A program made the position numbers and the translations under genes. The notes under the pieces were generated by a model that had not been told where the DNA came from, did no database searches, and saw only the letters and a program-made list of their open reading frames with translations. Below, in pieces: positions 34,860 through 46,631 of a DNA stretch of 64,000 nucleotides. Origin of the DNA: Podarcis tiliguerta (taxonomy: Eukaryota); assembly GCA_965153285.1 (NCBI GenBank), contig OZ229117.1; one strand, 5' to 3'. Numbering within the stretch: the stretch's first letter is position 1; every line of letters starts with the position of its first letter.

Positions 34860-35093
34860 GACTTGCAGAGAAGCCTGCACAGCCGAGCAGCCTCTTTTGC
34901 CGGTGTCTTGAAAGCGACAGAGGAGTTCCTGGAGGAGAACCGGACCAAGCTGGACCCCAAGGAACTGGCATCCCTGCAGCAAAGGCTCTGCCAGGCCAAG
35001 GAGCAGTACCAGTCCCTGCAAGAGAGGACGGAGGCGGCGCAGAAGGAGCTTGAGAGTGCTGTGAGCACTGTGGTGCAACAGCAAACAGAAAAG
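34860..35093 (+). CDS. MACF1: MACF1 exon w21, spectrin repeat (DLQRSLHSRAASF..VQQQTEK)
   Basis: cattag|GAC ... AAG|gtacag; 234 nt. Confidence 0.94.
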
Positions 35094-35290
35094 GTACAGC
35101 ACCACACAACCTGGAACTGGTGTGGAAGATCCCTCCTTCGCATTAGGAGGGAGTTGGGTAAACTTAAAAGAGGCTATATGTTATCCAGTGCTCTGTGAAT
35201 TGTAGTGGGATGCTTCTGCGGCATGCCCATATTTACCCATTCTGTGCTTTGTAATCTATCAGCTTCCTATGCACTCTGTTCTGTTTCCAG

Positions 35291-35503
35291 ATTAGAGCTG
35301 TCAAAGACTTTGAAGAAAATAAGAGTAAGATTGAATCTCTTCTGCACTGGGTGGCATCACTAGAGCAGCCCAAGGAGCTCACAGAAGCTGAACACCACCG
35401 AGTGGGTCTAGTGACTGGAAGAGTCCAAGATAACCCTGATGGTGGATTCAAGGAGGCCGACAGAGTTGAAGAAGATCTCACTTTGCACTATGAGAGCTTG
35501 AAG
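35291..35503 (+). CDS. MACF1: MACF1 exon w22 (IRAVKDFEENKSKIESLLHWVASL..LHYESLK)
   Basis: ttccag|ATT ... AAG|gttggt; 213 nt. Confidence 0.92.
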
Positions 35504-35935
35504 GTTGGTGGGGTCTGCTGGATGGAGGGTTGAGTTAAAGATCTAGGTGTAAAATCCAGCTTAAGCTAAGAACACATTTGCTGAAAGTCAGGACTGGGGA
35601 ACCTTTTTCATCCCCAAGGACCGCATTCCTTTGTGGGGAGCTCTGTCTTCTGGCAGAAGTTGGTAAAATCAGGATAGTCAGAAAGAACAGCTGAGGGAGG
35701 GAGGCCTGCCCCTGCTGTCCCCCAACATTTGCCACCTGTGGCAGTTGCCTCATGCTGCCTAACAGTAGGGCTAGCCCTATGGGCTCGATATTGCAGAACT
35801 GTATGAAGGCTTTGCATTTTTGAAGGTGGCTACAGTTTCCCTCCCTAGCCTTGTAAAGGGCCCAGGTTCTAATTTCACGCGGTCAGTGTAGACTTGGATG
35901 TACTTCAGCCTGGTTGTTTGCTGCTGTTGTTCCAG

Positions 35936-36478
35936 GTCCGCCATCAGGAGCTTCTCTCTCAGCAGCAAGAAGTCATTCTAGCTACGCAGTCAGCCCAGGC
36001 CTTCCTGGACAAGCAAGGCCACAATCTCTCCCCGGAGGAGAAGCAGAGGCTGCAGGGGAGGCTGGAGGAGCTGAAGGGACAGTATGCCACCACCTTGTCT
36101 CAGTCTGAGGTGCGGCTCAAGCAATCACAGGCGCTCCGGGATGAGCTGCAGAAATTCCTCCGGGACCATGTGGAGTTTGAGGCTTGGCTGGAGCAGGCCG
36201 AGCAAGAGCTGGAAAGGATGCGTGCAGGAGACGGCAGCCTCGAGTCCCTTCAGCCCCTGCTCCAACGGCAGAGCAGCTTTGCAGAAGATGTAATCTCACA
36301 CAAGGGGGATTTGCGCTTTGTGACAATGTCCGGGCAGAAAGTGCTGGATGCAGAGAAGGTGGCGGCAGAAGCTGGGACTGCTGGGGGGCCTCCAAGGCCT
36401 GAGGTTTTAGCTACTGGGGTGCTGGTGAAGAACAAGTTGGACGATGCCACCAAACGATACAGTTCTCTCCATTCCAAG
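35936..36478 (+). CDS. MACF1: MACF1 exon w23 (VRHQELLSQQQ..EDVISHKGDLRFVTMSGQKVLD..RYSSLHSK)
   Basis: ttccag|GTC ... AAG|gtacaa; 543 nt. Confidence 0.95.
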
Positions 36479-36548
36479 GTACAAGAACAGTGATAAAAAG
36501 AAGGTCTAGATCTAGGACCTCTGGATCTAGAACAAGCAGGCCATAGGA

Positions 36549-36796
36549 CAGTGGTTCCCAAAAGTTTGGGGCCAACACCCCCACCCCCGTTCCATAAACT
36601 CATCTCCAATGCCCCCCACCCCACCTTTTTAAAAACAAAAACAAAAAAACAATTGTTATTCAGAAGAGCAGTTTGCACAACCCACTAAGGAAGATAAGAA
36701 CACAATAAAATTCAGATAAGAATTTTGCATGAAAAATAAAATAGCAGTAAAAATTTAAATACAAAGCATGGAAGGTGGGAACTTTGGGAACCACTG
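36549..36796. mobile_element. hAT-like MITE (family C)
   Basis: Perfect 14-bp TIR cagtggttcccaaa / tttgggaaccactg; interior matches 47321-47683 (tccataaactcatc, ttattcagaa.agcagtttgcacaacccactaa). Confidence 0.8.
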
Positions 36797-36867
36797 TGAT
36801 ATGTCTTCATTCCTGGAGCTTAATGTGGGCCTCCCATGTTGTTGATTTTTTTATGATTTGTACATAG

Positions 36868-37078
36868 CCTTGGTATAGCATAGTGACAGAGTATTGGACT
36901 ACGTTCTGGGAGCCCAGGGGTTCAAATCTCCATGTGGCTCACTAGGTGACCTTGGCCAGTCGCTGCCTCTTAGCTTAGCCTAACCCACAGTTAACACGAT
37001 GATAAAATATAGGAGGGGGAGAACCATGTCTGCCACTTGAGCTCTTTGGAGAGAAGGTGGGATAGAAATATAACTATA
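36868..37078 (+). mobile_element. tRNA-derived SINE with MIR/L2-like body
   Basis: A/B-box-like head (tggtatagcatagtg..ggttcaaatc), ggtgaccttggccagtc core; inverted copy at ~63165-63300. Confidence 0.65.
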
Positions 37079-37262
37079 AGCTACTGATTGTGGGAAATTG
37101 GAAGGTGAGCTTTCTAATCCCTTATGATCTCTACAACTGACCATGGTTGCCATCTTGGCTATCCATCTGTGTGGGGTGGGGCAAAACCTGAACCTTGCTA
37201 TTGCACTGTAGCCTTAGACTTACCGCAGAATCATCTGTGACAATTGTCTCCTTTTTTTGCAG

Positions 37263-37439
37263 TGCACTGCGCTTGGTTCCCATCTGAGTATGCTCCTGGA
37301 TCGCTCTCAGCAGTTCCAGGACATAGCAGAATCTCTCCGGACGTGGCTACAAGCGAGCGAAGAGGCTATGGCAACTCTCCTGTCAGAGCCTGTTTCTTCA
37401 GATCCAGCCATTTTACAGAGGCAGCTTGCCAGTGCCAAA
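37263..37439 (+). CDS. MACF1: MACF1 exon w24 (CTALGSHLSMLL..QRQLASAK)
   Basis: tttgcag|TGC ... AAA|gtaagt; 177 nt. Confidence 0.94.
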
Positions 37440-37529
37440 GTAAGTGAACAGGGCTCATGGCTCCCCTGACTTAGTCTTGGAATTGTTAGGAATCTGGGTT
37501 AGCATATGGGGTTGTACATTACATATATG

Positions 37530-37668
37530 GCAGCCTTCACCAAAACTGCTACCCACCAGATGCTGTTGGATTCCAATTTCCATCAGCCCCAGGCAGCATG
37601 GGCAGCAGCCAAGGATAATGGGAGTTGTAGTCCAACAACATTCAGAGGGCACTCACATGGAGAAGCCC
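37530..37668. mobile_element. Palindromic MITE family A copy
   Basis: cagatgctgttggattccaatttcccatc.. / ..atgggagttgtagtccaacaacat. Confidence 0.8.
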
Positions 37669-38065
37669 AGTATGCTGCCTTGCTTGATCTCAGTCATAGA
37701 ATGTGTAGCCCCCAAAAGAGCACAGACGTGTGCAAAGTACATTTTCCTCTCCACTGAATATTTCATTCATCCATTCTTTCCATTTATTCATCTCATAATG
37801 AAAATATTTCCCTGGGTGACTTCCAAAGTGATATCAACAAAATTAAAACTTATGATTCAGGAATAAACCAATTAAACCCACCCAGCAACAATTCAACAAA
37901 AAAATCAGTGCAACGTGACCAACGTATGTCAATAACCAATGACCAGTTCACTGCCCGTAAGGCACTGCCTACCCCCAAAAAGCTTGGCCCAGTTAGTTGC
38001 CATCAAAGTTGGCAAGATCAATGATGGTTAAAAAACCAGAGTGTCCATGATGATTAAGTATATTA

Positions 38066-38235
38066 TGAACATAGGAAGCTGTGTTCTATTGAGTCAGCCC
38101 ATTGGTTGGTCTCTGGCAGCAGCTCTCCAAGATTTCAGGTAGGGGTCTCTCCCAGCCCTACCTGAAGATGCCCAAGATTGATCTGAGGACCTTCCATGTG
38201 CAAAACAGATGCCCTGCCATTGACATATGGCCCTT
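38066..38235 (-). mobile_element. Short tRNA-derived squamate SINE (family D)
   Basis: Reverse complement of the copies at 45820-46045 and 48345-48485 (tail cagcttcctatgttc); others at ~39600-39755 and ~5262-5360. Confidence 0.65.
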
Positions 38236-38351
38236 CCCTAACCACAGCCAGGATTTATTGAGATATTATATCAAAGAGCTGCAGGTTATTCTTCATGTCT
38301 GTCCCTGCTCTAATTCCTGCTCTGCTCTCACTGCCATGTCAATTGCAACAG

Positions 38352-38475
38352 CACCTGCAGGAAGACCTTGCAGAGCACCAAGTGCCTGTAGAGAGGCTTG
38401 AGAAGGCAGCTCGGTCCCTCTTGGAAATACACGAAGCGCCCTTACCTGATCACAGAGGCATTCAGGAAACCACAG
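38352..38475 (+). CDS. MACF1: MACF1 exon w25 (HLQEDLAEHQVPVERLEKAAR..IQETT)
   Basis: caacag|CAC ... ACAG|gtaagg; 124 nt, phase 0-1. Confidence 0.93.
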
Positions 38476-38761
38476 GTAAGGATGGAAAGAGCTGCTCTCT
38501 GGCCCTTGTTGCTCTGTGGACTTCCCAGGGGGTTCTGGAAATGGGAAGGTGTTGTTTGAGTTCACCACCTCCAGCACCAAAGTGCCTTGGGCTGGCCAGC
38601 TCTGAGAAATAACATTTCTCAGCCTCCTTAGTTGGCCTTTTACACAGCTGAGTGATTTGTGGCAGCTGGACCCCACACAATCTATGGGGTACTGTACTGG
38701 AAGCCCTCCACGCATTTTAATTTTCCGCACCCAGTTTGTAATGGATTTGGTGCTCCCTCAG

Positions 38762-38970
38762 ATTCCCTCGTGAGCCGTTTCCAGAACCTATCCTGTCAGA
38801 TGGCAGAACGCTCAGACCTCTTGCAGAAGTCCATCGCCCAGTCCCAGAGTGTGCAGGAGGGGCTGGAGAGCCTCCTTCAGTCCGTGGCTGAGGTAGAGAG
38901 GAACCTCCAGAGGGAAGACGTGGCTGCTTTCTCCTCCACCTCCATCCAGGAGACCCTCGCCACAAACATG
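38762..38970 (+). CDS. MACF1: MACF1 exon w26 (DSLVSRFQNL..LLQKSIAQSQSVQEGLESLLQS..LATNM)
   Basis: cctcag|AT ... ATG|gtaagc; 209 nt, phase 1-0. Confidence 0.95.
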
Positions 38971-39237
38971 GTAAGCCGGGGTTTGTCTTTGCTTTCTGTC
39001 CATGGTTTGCTTCCCAAATATTTCTGTGCAGGATAGACTAAAGTATTTTTATGCACACTTTGGAATGCACCAAAACTGTACTGCAAAAGCAAGAGATGCA
39101 TAATCCAACTGGGAGTTGCATTCCAATCCACAATGAAGTTCAGGATTGGGTCAGTCAGCTGTGAAAAGCGAGCAGAACAGAATTCCTTCCCCCCAGTCCT
39201 TATGTCTGCCCGCCTGCCCTTGTGTGTCCGTTAACAG

Positions 39238-39555
39238 AAGCTGAAGCAGGACATCGCCAGGCAAAAGAGCAGCCTCGAAGCCACCCGGGAGATGGTGACC
39301 CGCTTCATGGAGACCGCCGACAGTGCCACAGCTGCCGCTCTGCAGAGCAAGCTGGCCGAGGTGACGGAGCGCTTTGGCAGCCTTTGCCGGCAGCAGCAGG
39401 AGAAGGAGGACGCCTTGAAGGATCTCCTCCCCAAGGTGGAGCAGTACGAGCACCTCTCTGAGAAACTGCATCAGTTCATGGAGAGCAGGATGCGGTTGTT
39501 GGCCTCGGGAAACCAGCCCGATCGTGACATTGCTCACTTCTCCCAGCAGATCCAG
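39238..39555 (+). CDS. MACF1: MACF1 exon w27 (KLKQDIARQKSSLEATREMVTRFMETADS..HFSQQIQ)
   Basis: taacag|AAG (NAGNAG) ... CAG|gtgaga; 318 nt. Confidence 0.95.
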
Positions 39556-40504
39556 GTGAGAAGCTGCAGAATGATGGTGGTGGAGAGAGACTGAGAGGAG
39601 TGATGGGGGACCAGGCATAGCTCAGGAGTGGAGCCACAGGATTGTATGCACAGGGGCCTAGGTTCAGTCCCTGGCACTTTGAGGTGCTAAGCTGGGAAAG
39701 GCCTTTGGGGACTTGATGGACCAAAGGTCTGGCTCAGAATAAAGCAGGTTTTACATGCATGGGATTGCAGCATGCTCAGAGTTTGAACACTGAAAACGAG
39801 GGCTCATTTGTAATCCTGATGCTGGGGGAGAATGTGTGTGAGAGAGCAAGATGGAGGAGGGAAGGAGTTTGTGAATAAGTGGGTGTCTCTTATGTGGGTG
39901 GGTGTGTAAGTGAGGGAGAGTGGGGTGGATCCACCCAGCTGCCTTTTGCATTGGCCCTGCCCGTTGCTAGCATGTGGCCCTGCAATGTTAACAAGGAGGG
40001 AATATGGCCCTCAAATTGGCCTTAACTTAAAAGTTCTATCCTCTACCTTTCCTCGTTGGAAGCTCAAAGTGGCTAACAGTACAATCAAACCATATATTGA
40101 CAATTGACTTTCACTAATAGGAGCCTTTTAATGCACACTTTACCTGGTATATGCAATTTGAACACTTGGGTAGCTAACTGCAAAATTTAGAGAAGTGTGA
40201 ATTTCAAAGGATGACTGCATTTTGGCTTGTGTGTTGTTTTGGGAAGTGCAAATTTTTTAGACTTGCCTTTCAACATGAACTGCATAAAATTTCTTCACAC
40301 ACACCACACACACATGCATATCCCTTCTGCATCCCCACACCACTCCCAGTCACACATGGCTTCCAGGAGCTGACATGAGCTGTGCAGTCTCTATTGGCGG
40401 CTTTCTGTAGTGAATTTGTCCCAGAAGACCAACTTGGACCTGTGTGTTGGGCACTGCTCTTTGTTCTAATGGCAACATTCCATCCACCCCTGTTTTGTTG
40501 CCAG

Positions 40505-40674
40505 GAACTGAATTCTGAGATGAAGCAGCACCACGAGGACTTGGACACATTGGAGCATCTGACCACGGAGCTGAGCTCTTGTGGTTTTGCAGCAGCAAGC
40601 TCCTCCTCACACCAGGAGAAGGTGCACAGTTTGCGGAAAGACTTCATGCAGTTGCAGAAAGCAGCAAGGGAACG
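40505..40674 (+). CDS. MACF1: MACF1 exon w28 (ELNSEMKQHHEDLDTLEHLTTELSSCGFA..KAARER)
   Basis: tgccag|GAA ... CG|gtaagg; 170 nt, phase 0-2. Confidence 0.94.
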
Positions 40675-41021
40675 GTAAGGGGTGCTCTTGGCTGCTCTGT
40701 GATGGTGATGAGCAGACACTCTGCAGCTCTGGGGTAGAGCATCTGCTCTGCATTCAGAAGGACCGAGGGTTGTGCCACATGCACAAGAGACCGTGCAAGT
40801 GGCCCTGCATCTTGTCCTTTGCGGAGGTGGAGGGCATGTTTGGAAGGGAGCCAAGATCCAGCTTCATAATATGGCTCCTTTTACAACTTAATTCCTTTCC
40901 TGCCAGTGTGGTTTCCAAACAATGTGGCTGGTGCTTAGTCGTGAATTTTTGCTCAATAGAAATTCACAGCAGTTGGAGAAGGAATGTCAAAACCAACATG
41001 TGTCTAAAGCTTGGTTCTCCT

Positions 41022-41022
<1 letters not shown>

Positions 41023-41053
<31 letters not shown>
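41023..41053 (+). repeat. (GTT)10 microsatellite
   Basis: Visible directly. Confidence 0.95.
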
Positions 41054-41952
41054 AATGAGGGCTGCTTTGACTTTTTTGCAGAGGTCATGTTTTGGAGGGA
41101 GTTGTTTGGTTTTTTGGGGGGGGAGAGTTGTCTGTTCTTTGGAGTGGAGGATGTCTGAGCATCATCAGTTTTTCTTCTATGGAATGAGTGTTTTCTCGTG
41201 CCTGTGATAGCTTCTTAGATTTCCAAATGTGTCCCTGGGACTACAAAGATGGAGGACCCCCCACCCCCCGTCTAAACTCACAGCCTGACAAAGACCTGTC
41301 AAGGCAATGCTTGTTTATTTTCTTTCTCTGCTGGTGGTAGTGAGTTAAAACACACTTACCTCACTTACCTCACACCAGAGACAGAGGCAGAGAGAAGGTT
41401 GAAGAACAAAGCTGTCATAAACTGACATTTTGATAACTTGAAGGTTTCGGGAAGGGTGTAGGCCATCTCTGCCTCAGTGTTTTCTCAGCATGACTGGGAG
41501 GTGGTGGTTGGCTTTGCAGAATTTACTTAACAGGAGAACTTGGTCTAAATGTCTGCTCACTTTTCTGTGGTGGGTGGATAACCTTGTTAGGGCCTGATGA
41601 GCCAGGAACAAAGAACAGAGCGTGAAGAGGCTGATATTTCCTTTCAGTCCTTAATCCATTGGACTGAGCAACAATGTCCCAAATAAGGTAGTCCAGTGTT
41701 GCAGAAGGAGCAGTAACAACACTTGGCATATATGCAAGTGTTAAGTGCACTTTGGACACTGTTTTTCTCATAATTCCTCACACAGCAGCCCTGCAAGGCA
41801 GGCCATGTTAACACATTTTGGGAGCAGGAGCTGAGGTTGAGCCTGCTGTGGTTGCAGACTTCTCAGTGACTTTCTGTTGGAATGCATGCTAGGAAAAGGG
41901 CTAGCAGAGCTGGCCCACTTTTTTACCTGCCTCCTTTCTCTCCACTTCCCAG

Positions 41953-42109
41953 AGAGAAGGGCGCATCCTCCTGCCAAGAACAGTTGGACGAATTCCGAAA
42001 ACTGGTTGAATCCACCAAGCGGTGGCTGAAAGAAACAGAGGCGACTATCCCAGCCACAGAGGCTTCTTTGGGCACCCATGAGTTGGAGAAGCGGATGCAG
42101 CAAATTGAG
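41953..42109 (+). CDS. MACF1: MACF1 exon w29 (EKGASSCQEQLDEFRKLV..RMQQIE)
   Basis: tcccag|A ... GAG|gtgggc; 157 nt, phase 2-0. Confidence 0.94.
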
Positions 42110-43422
42110 GTGGGCAGAGAAAGAAGGAAAGAGTCCCAGAGCCTGCTAGGGAAGATGTGCTCTTGAGGGAGGGAGATCACAACAACATAAACAGAAGAGC
42201 TTCACTGCATCTGGGTTGATGGTCTGAATAGGGGCTAGTTTCCTTTGAAACTGCAACAAATACAGGAAGCTCTTGGGGGGACCCTCTCTTGTAGGCTTAC
42301 TCTAGTCTTCCTGGGTTCCTATAGCCAGAGCTGTGGTGTACTCTGTGAATGAACAAATCACAATTCTGCACCTCCCCCAAAATTAATATTGAGATCTGGG
42401 TTGTGGCATTGTGCAAATTATATTTGTCTTTTGTTCTATCAGGTAGCCTCTGAATGCAGAGGGGTTTATAAATTTTGCAATAAACTAATTAAATTAAATT
42501 AACCCAAAGGACTGCCCGGGTGGGTGATGCATCCCAAGTGCTGGGCAGACTCACCTGTTAAGCATCAGCAAGACTGATGCATTGTGTTCCTTCAGGCCGT
42601 GCCCTGGGCCATTGCAGGTTTATATCAGTTTGCTTGTTTTGCAAAATATATTCTGCTTCTGAGGTTGACCTGAGGCAAAGAGATATGCAGAGCACCAGGC
42701 TCCAGTTCCTGAGTATTAGAAATTCTGCTTGCCCTTTCCCAACCTGATAGCTGGGACTGAGCGGTGTCAGTATCCAAGACATCTGGAGACCACCAGGTTG
42801 GCAAAAGCTGCTCTGCCCCTCCCCGCTTTTCTGTTGAGCCTTGGCAGGATTATGGCCATCTATTCAGGCCTGTCTTCACATCATTATGGGTTTTGAAAGA
42901 AAACATGGAAGCTGAAGTTCTCCAGATGCTGGATTTTTGCATCCAATAGTACTTTGTGCAGTGGAACTGGCGAAGGATACCTTTGCCTGGGGCCCAGCCT
43001 CGTGCTTCAGGAATTGCCTCCTTCCATAGAAAACTACCTGAGAACTTTCTGCTGTGGCCCCTTCTTTATGTTTCCTGCTCCCCCTTCACCCATCAGTAGG
43101 TAGGGATAAGAGAGAGGTCTTTCTTGGGTTGCGGCATCCAGATTACAGCATGTCTGGTCCCTTGATTGCCCAGCCTTAGGCAGGCATTGAAAACACACTT
43201 GTTTTACTGGGCATTTTTAAATGCTTTAAATCTGTTCTGATAGTTCCCCATGTTCTAACGTTATGTCATTTGTTGTTCTGACAAATTTGTAAGCCTCTGT
43301 AAGTATTCACTTGATGTTAAGAGGATAGATCAGATATAAATGTGCACCAGGGCCAGCCAAGTTTTGGCATGCCCTGCCTGCCTTTGGCCACCTTCTGATG
43401 CCTGACTGTGATCTCTTAACAG

Positions 43423-43540
43423 GTGATCTTGGAAGAATGGACAGGGAAAGGAGTTCTTGTGGATGAGATCAACCGCAGGGGGACGGCCTTGGAGAGTCTG
43501 ATAGTTGAGATTACAGCTCCGGATGCCCAGTCCAAATCAG
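43423..43540 (+). CDS. MACF1: MACF1 exon w30 (VILEEWTGKGVLVDEINRRGTALESLIVEITAPDAQSKS)
   Basis: taacag|GTG ... TCAG|gtgggt; 118 nt, phase 0-1. Confidence 0.93.
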
Positions 43541-43911
43541 GTGGGTGAGAGAGACAGGGGCACGTGTCTTCAAAGCTGTTTGGAGACCACAGAGACAGCA
43601 CAGTCCTTCCTCCACTTTGGGAGCCCTCCTGACTTCAGTTGCTGATTTGCCCAAACCATAGAAACTTGAGGTGTGTGGCAGGGGGTGGATTGGGGAATAA
43701 GCCATGAGGCTTGTCCTGATTCAGCATTTCTGCACTCTGCATAAGATCTTGGAAGATCTCGCCCATTTCTGGCATTCTTGTTTTGTGTTCACATTGATGG
43801 TCAGAGGCCATGTGGTGGAGCACTTCAGTCCCCAGGCTACCTTTGTTAAAGGATCTCAAGAAGACCCATTTCTGCCTGAAACTTCAGCTGTAGTTCTCTA
43901 CTCCAAGTAGA

Positions 43912-44030
43912 GCAGCCTTCACCAATGTGGTGCCTTCCTGATGTCTTGAACTACAACTCCCATACTAGTTGGGGCAGATGGGAGTTTTAGTCCAAAACAT
44001 CTGGAGGGCACCAGGTAGGTGAAGGTTGCT
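43912..44030. mobile_element. Palindromic MITE family A copy
   Basis: gcagccttcaccaatgtggtgcc.. / ..ggcaccaggtaggtgaaggttgc. Confidence 0.8.
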
Positions 44031-44804
44031 CTATTTATTTAATTATACTCATTTTGGGATTTTTATACTGCTCTTCATCCATGATTCCAGGGATTTTTGC
44101 AGCACATAAAGCAGCAAAATACAGCAAGTTGCTATAAAAAGTCAAAAATCATCAGTGAAAGAATAAGCAGAGCAGCAGAAAACCAGAATTTCAAGTAGTA
44201 AAACGTTTTAAAGGCCTAGCAGACTAAAAAGAAAAAAAGATAAAGACTTGCATGACCCCATAGTATAAATGACACAGGGCTGAGCAGTTGTCCCCCAGCG
44301 CCATCTTCTGGAAATCACCAGAAGTGGAGTGAAGCCACTGGATGGCCATACCCACAACTCCTAACCTACAAAGGCAACCTAGAACATACAGGAAGTCATG
44401 AGTGGTCCTGGATATTCAGTACGGTAGCACTTTTCCATCATTCTCTTGACATAAATCATTTATCAGGGTGACCAGTCTGGCTTCTATGCCAAGAGCCAGT
44501 TTGAATTGGGGGCTTATCCACCCTGGAGTTTACAGTGTTTTTGCAGCTGTTTGCGTCTCCATTTAATACGTATAACCCTTGGACAAGATTAAATTCAATA
44601 CTTCTTCCCTTGCAGGAAATTAGATTCCAAACCACTCCACTAGGGGTGGACCATTTGTTTTGGTATTTTTGGGTGGTTAGATCAATTGTCACTTTCTGCT
44701 ACTCCTGTTTCCATGCCCACAACTTCCTCAGTGTTTTCGTTGCTTTTCCAGCTGTTTTTGCAACTTTCCCCAGAAAACTCCAGAAGAGAACTTTTTTTCT
44801 TTTG

Positions 44805-45005
44805 ATCATAGAATCTTAGAGTTGGAAGGGACCTGGGGGTCATCTAGTCCACCCCCTGCAATAACAGGAATCTTCGCTAAAGCATTCATGACAGATCCAA
44901 CCTCTGCTTAAAAACCTCCAAGGAAGGCGATTCCACCACCTCTCATGGCGTTCTGTTCCACTGCCAAACAGCTCTTACTGTCAGAAAGTTTTTCCGAATG
45001 CTTAG
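44805..45005 (-). mobile_element. CR1 LINE 3' fragment
   Basis: atcatagaatcttagagttggaaggg..catctagtcc..aaaacctccaaggaagg..tgttccactg: CR1 (ATTCTRTG) tail plus body. Confidence 0.8.
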
Positions 45006-45819
45006 TCAGATTTGCACAAAACCAGAAAACTGCACAAGCAAACCACATTAAAAATGGCTGCAACATATATATTGCGCAGCAACCTAAAAAGTGTGTGCTG
45101 AGAATTATCAATGGCTTTCATTTCTTTCACCCTGCTGGTAAGGGCATGTCAAGAGCTTAACCCTATATATTCCCTTTCTCTCCCTCTCTCCCTATTTTCC
45201 TTTTGGTCCCCTCAATTGCACAAAACCATAAAACTGCGAGAGAGAATTTACAATTGCCTGACTGTACTTTTGCACACTTCTTGGGTGGGGTATTTATTTT
45301 TTTTAAGAACATGGTGTCCATGCAGCTATCAGCAACATGCCCTGTTGGTACTTAATTAGCATAATAGAATCAACAAATTAGAAGGCAGGGATGACCACAA
45401 AAGGGAATGCCTTTTGGGTATGAATGGGGATGACTGAAGTTGTTCCTCAAGTACAAATTCAAATGTGTGCAGGTGTGGACCACTCTGCTGTGAATTGAAT
45501 GAGGTGGGGGAGTGGATTAACAGCTAAATAATACTCAAATGTGGCAGTTGTGTGGCCACCATCTGCTCAAGCACCTTGTTCAGGAAGAGGATGTTCCCTA
45601 CTGTCTAACAGGTGTTATCCATCCTTGAGGCCTAAGGTGACTTTGGTTTTCAAGAGACCTTCTCTCCTAAAAGCCATCAATTGCCACCTGGATGCAGGCA
45701 GTTCATTTTCTTTTTCTCCTAGATGTAATTATCCATGAAGGGCAAGGGATGAGCAAGCATGACGTAGGCCACACCTCTACACGCCCCTTGTCTGAATCTT
45801 CAGGTTGCAGCAGCTGACT

Positions 45820-46045
45820 GCTGCTCAGTGGTAGAGCACATGCTTTGTGTGAACCACTATGAGATCTATGGGAGAAGGGCAGTATATAAATTAAAATAAC
45901 TAAATAAATGCTTAGTGTGCGGAAGGTCCCATTTTTAATCTCTGGTGTCTCCAGGGAGGGTTGCTGAAACACTCCTGCCTGAAACCACGGAAAGCCCGCT
46001 GATGGACCAATGGTCCGACTTTCTATAAGGTAGCTTCCTCTGTTC
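45820..46045 (+). mobile_element. Family D SINE interrupted by a 56-bp L2 3' end
   Basis: Head gctcagtggtagagcac; insert 45852-45907 flanked by atgctttgtgtg / atgcttagtgtg. Confidence 0.75.
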
Positions 46046-46617
46046 CAATGAACCCACAAGACCCGAGCAGACAGCCCTGGACATGCCCTTTGTCTGAATT
46101 GCTGTGCTTGTGGCAACTAGGACTGTGAACTCAGTTCAGCCTTCGCTCTGAAAGCAAATTCCTTAGCTCAAAATATGCTTCTCTTTCGGTCTCACTGAGT
46201 GTCTCTGTTAGTAGATCTTGGGGGTTTAGTAGACCTCACAAATCTGAAGTCTGCCCTCCTGTTCTCTGAACCATATATAGCTCTCCCTGGTATTTGATTC
46301 CCAGGACTCAATAAACTGCGGGGGAAGAAGTATTGAGAAAGCTGTGTGATCTTGTGCTCTGCTAATTTTGTTTATGCTGAGGCTTTTTTCTCCCAGTCAC
46401 ATCCATCATTCTAAAATGAATTGTGGCTCAATTTGTGCATGAATTGGGCAACATAATAGCCACCCAAATACTGCTTTTGTGTTGTTGGCCCCGCACTTTA
46501 CAGTGTTAATATATGCAAAGGTCGGTCACATTGGTTTCCCAGGTGACAGGATTACTTCCTGCTGCAGCACCAAGCCACATGACTTCATGGAGATTGTTCT
46601 TTCGTGTCTGCCTTGTT

Positions 46618-46631
46618 GTTACCTAGGCAAC
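46618..46631. promoter_or_regulatory. RFX X-box motif (GTTACCTAGGCAAC) in non-repetitive intron sequence
   Basis: Fits GTNRCC-N(0-3)-RGYAAC; lies within a 28-bp imperfect palindrome at 46611-46638. Confidence 0.5.
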
